Shown: positions 61,759 to 64,000 of the stretch, one piece after another
Numbering within the stretch: the first letter of the stretch is position 1
How the letters are laid out: every line of letters starts with the position of its first letter
Source of the DNA: Bacillota bacterium
GTDB lineage: Bacteria > Bacillota > Ch66 > Ch109
Direction of reading: 5' to 3'
NCBI GenBank assembly: GCA_050952625.1
Contig: JBMNLH010000002.1
Location: forward strand, 32,001 to 96,000
DNA length: 64,000 nucleotides
Made by a program: the position numbers and the translations under genes
Notes under the pieces: model-generated
What the model saw: only the letters and a program-made list of their open reading frames with translations
What the model was told of the DNA's origin: nothing
The model's database searches: none

Positions 61759-63147
61759 TTAATCTACACCATACGCCTTTAGTTTACGGTGCAGCGTGGT
61801 TAAGCCAATTCCCAGCAGTCGAGCAGTGTGTGATTTATTGCGACCGGTCTGTCGATATACTTGCAGAATATATTCCCGTTCTACTTGAGCCAGGCTTAAA
61901 AATTCTCTTGCCGGCTCGGTCGAATCTTCCTGGCATCGAGGGGGAAGGTGAGCCACTTTAATCTTCCTTACTTCTATTGGCAAATGCCGGATCGATATCA
62001 TCCCGCCCTGAGCCAAATTGCAGGCGGCCTGAATAATTGACCTCAGCTCGCGCACGTTCCCCGGGTAGCGATAAGCCTGTAACAGCTCCAGGGCTTCGTC
62101 CTGAATCCCTGGCTTAACCTCAACCCCAAATTCATGCAAAAAGTGCTCAATTAAAGGCCGGACATCTTCAAGCCGATCCCGAAGGGGAGGTATTTGCAGC
62201 CAAGCTACCTTCAACCGATAGTACAGATCTTTTCTGAACCGGCCTTGGCTGACCATTGCCTCCAGGTCAGCGTTGGTGGCAGCGACAAAGCGCACGTCAA
62301 ACTTGCGTTGCCGGTTGGTACCTAACTTAACGAACTCTTTTTCCTGCAATACTCGCAGCAACTTTCCCTGCAGCTCCGGAGAAAGATCACCAATCTCATC
62401 TAAAAAAAGGGTGCCGCCGGCAGCGATCTCCAGATACCCTTCGCGATCCCGATCTGCTCCAGTAAACGCTCCCCGAGTATGGCCAAAAAACTCTGATTCA
62501 AAAAGAGTCGAAGAAACAGAAGCCATATTGACCGGCACAAAGGGCCGGTCAGCCCTTCGGCTGGCTCGATGAATCGCCTGAGCCAGCAATTCTTTGCCGG
62601 TCCCGCTCTCACCGGTAATTAAAACCGGGATGTCGCTGCTGGCATGAAGTTCGGCTTCCTGCAGTACTTTGAGAAAAGGTTTGGAGACGGAAACTATCCC
62701 TTCAAAAACCTCCGGGCGGCGAAAGCCTTTCCAGCCTTCTCGTTTTTGTATATCCAATAAGTCAAGGAGACGTCGTCGTTCCAGGGCCCGATCTAAAGCA
62801 ATCAGCAATTTGTTGCGGGAAATTGGTTTGACCAAATAGTCATAGGCCCCGAGACGCATCGACCGGACCGCCATCTCGACTTCTTCAACGGCCGTTACCA
62901 TAATACATTCAGTTTCCGGACTATAGGCTTTAATTAATTCCAGGACCTCAAGACCGCTCATCCCCGGCATAGTAAGATCAATCAAGGCTAGATCAACAGC
63001 GCGCTCGGTAATCAATTCAATAATCCGCTCCGGTTTATCTAATAACAAAATATTTTTATAGCCGGCTGTCATTAAGCCGCGCCGAATACTCTCGAGAAAA
63101 TGCGGTTCATCGTCGATTACCAAAATTCGGCTGTCCATGGTCGTCAC
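61759..63147 (-). CDS. NtrC-family sigma-54 response regulator
   Basis: Receiver domain, [21 protein letters not shown] and Fis-type HTH. Confidence 0.95.
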   Translation of the reverse strand: MTTMDSRILVIDDEPHFLESIRRGLMTAGYKNILLLDKPERIIELITERAVDLALIDLTMPGMSGLEVLELIKAYSPETECIMVTAVEEVEMAVRSMRLGAYDYLVKPISRNKLLIALDRALERRRLLDLLDIQKREGWKGFRRPEVFEGIVSVSKPFLKVLQEAELHASSDIPVLITGESGTGKELLAQAIHRASRRADRPFVPVNMASVSSTLFESEFFGHTRGAFTGADRDREGYLEIAAGGTLFLDEIGDLSPELQGKLLRVLQEKEFVKLGTNRQRKFDVRFVAATNADLEAMVSQGRFRKDLYYRLKVAWLQIPPLRDRLEDVRPLIEHFLHEFGVEVKPGIQDEALELLQAYRYPGNVRELRSIIQAACNLAQGGMISIRHLPIEVRKIKVAHLPPRCQEDSTEPAREFLSLAQVEREYILQVYRQTGRNKSHTARLLGIGLTTLHRKLKAYGVD

Positions 63148-63255
63148 CTCTATTTTTATCTACTGCTCGGAATATACAGGGGGATGGGCTTACTGTCCCA
63201 GGTTTACTGTCCCGGGTTCACTGTCCCGGGTTGTCCGCTGCTGCCAAATACTAAC

Positions 63256-63365
63256 GCTTGTTTTGTTAGCTCAGTCGGCTATCTAAGCTGAGTACGATAA
63301 AGATGAGAACGCTAAAATTGATGCATACGCCAACCGCTGATCTATGTTAGAACATAGCGATTGAT
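63256..63365 (+). repeat. REPIN-like dispersed repeat, degenerate solo copy
   Basis: GCTTGTTTTGTTAGCTCAGTCGGC..CTGAGTACGA...GCCAACCGCTGATCTATGTTAGAACA resembles the 46503 copy. Confidence 0.55.
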
Positions 63366-63569
63366 TCATTGATTCATCATGTTCCATGTTCTGATGGTGC
63401 TGTATTGCATCATGCGATTAAGCTTATTATTTTGAATTATACCATAAATGACAGGTGGTGAGGGGCGAGGGGTAAAAACCTTGATATAGGTAAACCACAA
63501 GAGAGACGAAGAACGCAGGATGAAACGTCAGTCATATAGTCATATAGATTGAGGCGTAAGTTTATAAAC

Positions 63570-63603
63570 AATACCCCTGATTGAAAACATCAGGGGTATT
63601 GTT
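63570..63603 (-). terminator. groEL terminator
   Basis: AATACCCCTGAT..ATCAGGGGTATT inverted repeat. Confidence 0.7.
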
Positions 63604-63669
63604 AGTGTTATTGGTCTATTAATGTACTCTATTATTAGAATTTCTAGTTATCACTTACAATGGGGGCAT

Positions 63670-64000
63670 TTACATCGGAGGCATTCCGCCACCCATTTGC
63701 GGGAGCATCTTGTCTTCTTCTTTCTTCTCCACGATCAGGCACTCGGTCGTTAGCAGCATCGCTGCGATACTAGCGGCATTTTGCAGAGCTGACCGGGTAA
63801 CCTTGGCCGGGTCAACAATCCCAGCGGCAATCATGTCTTCGTATTGCTCAGTCAGGGCATTGTAGCCGATTCCGACCGGGGTAGCTTTAACCTTTTCAAC
63901 AACTACGGAACCTTCAACGCCAGCATTATTAGCAATCTGCTTGACTGGTTCTTCGAGTGCTTTCTTAACAATCTTAACCCCAGTCAGTTCATCGCCTTCA
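63670..64000 (-). CDS. groL: Chaperonin GroEL (C-terminal part)
   Basis: [28 protein letters not shown] and GGGMPPM tail. Confidence 0.97.
   Translation of the reverse strand, partial: EGDELTGVKIVKKALEEPVKQIANNAGVEGSVVVEKVKATPVGIGYNALTEQYEDMIAAGIVDPAKVTRSALQNAASIAAMLLTTECLIVEKKEEDKMLPQMGGGMPPM

Overview
Chromosomal window from a spore-forming anaerobic Bacillota (Clostridia/Peptococcaceae-like by gene content). It is mostly housekeeping: ligA, pcrA, ppaC, glnA, dapF-dapL, dapB, the his and pur operons, guaA, hpt, zur-znuABC and the 3' end of groEL. Accessory genes include a GntR-ABC operon, a two-component system with a VanY-like peptidase, an MNT-HEPN toxin-antitoxin pair, UbiD-LpdD and YedE/YedF. 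The most notable features are not in the ORF track. (1) Three biosynthetic pathways are eroding. hisH and hisF are reduced to in-frame N-terminus/C-terminus deletion scars, purB survives as 12 codons with purC/S/Q/L absent, and trpC and trpF are frameshifted, while flanking genes and regulators are intact. (2) A clear TRAP-type (GAG-NN)n attenuator precedes trpD, and a ykkC/PRPP-type riboswitch precedes purE. (3) Three small genes each carry an identically spaced sigma-K-like promoter; two are Cys-rich paralogs that differ by an (RKKKDDDD)n expansion. (4) Two dispersed non-coding repeat families are present: a ~110-bp IS200/IS605-end-like mini-element (3 copies) and a REPIN-like inverted-repeat element (3 solo copies plus a 189-bp x3.2 tandem array). 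(5) A decayed Nif11-type double-glycine peptide locus lies at the guaA 3' end. All calls are by-eye motif recognition; no database searches were run.
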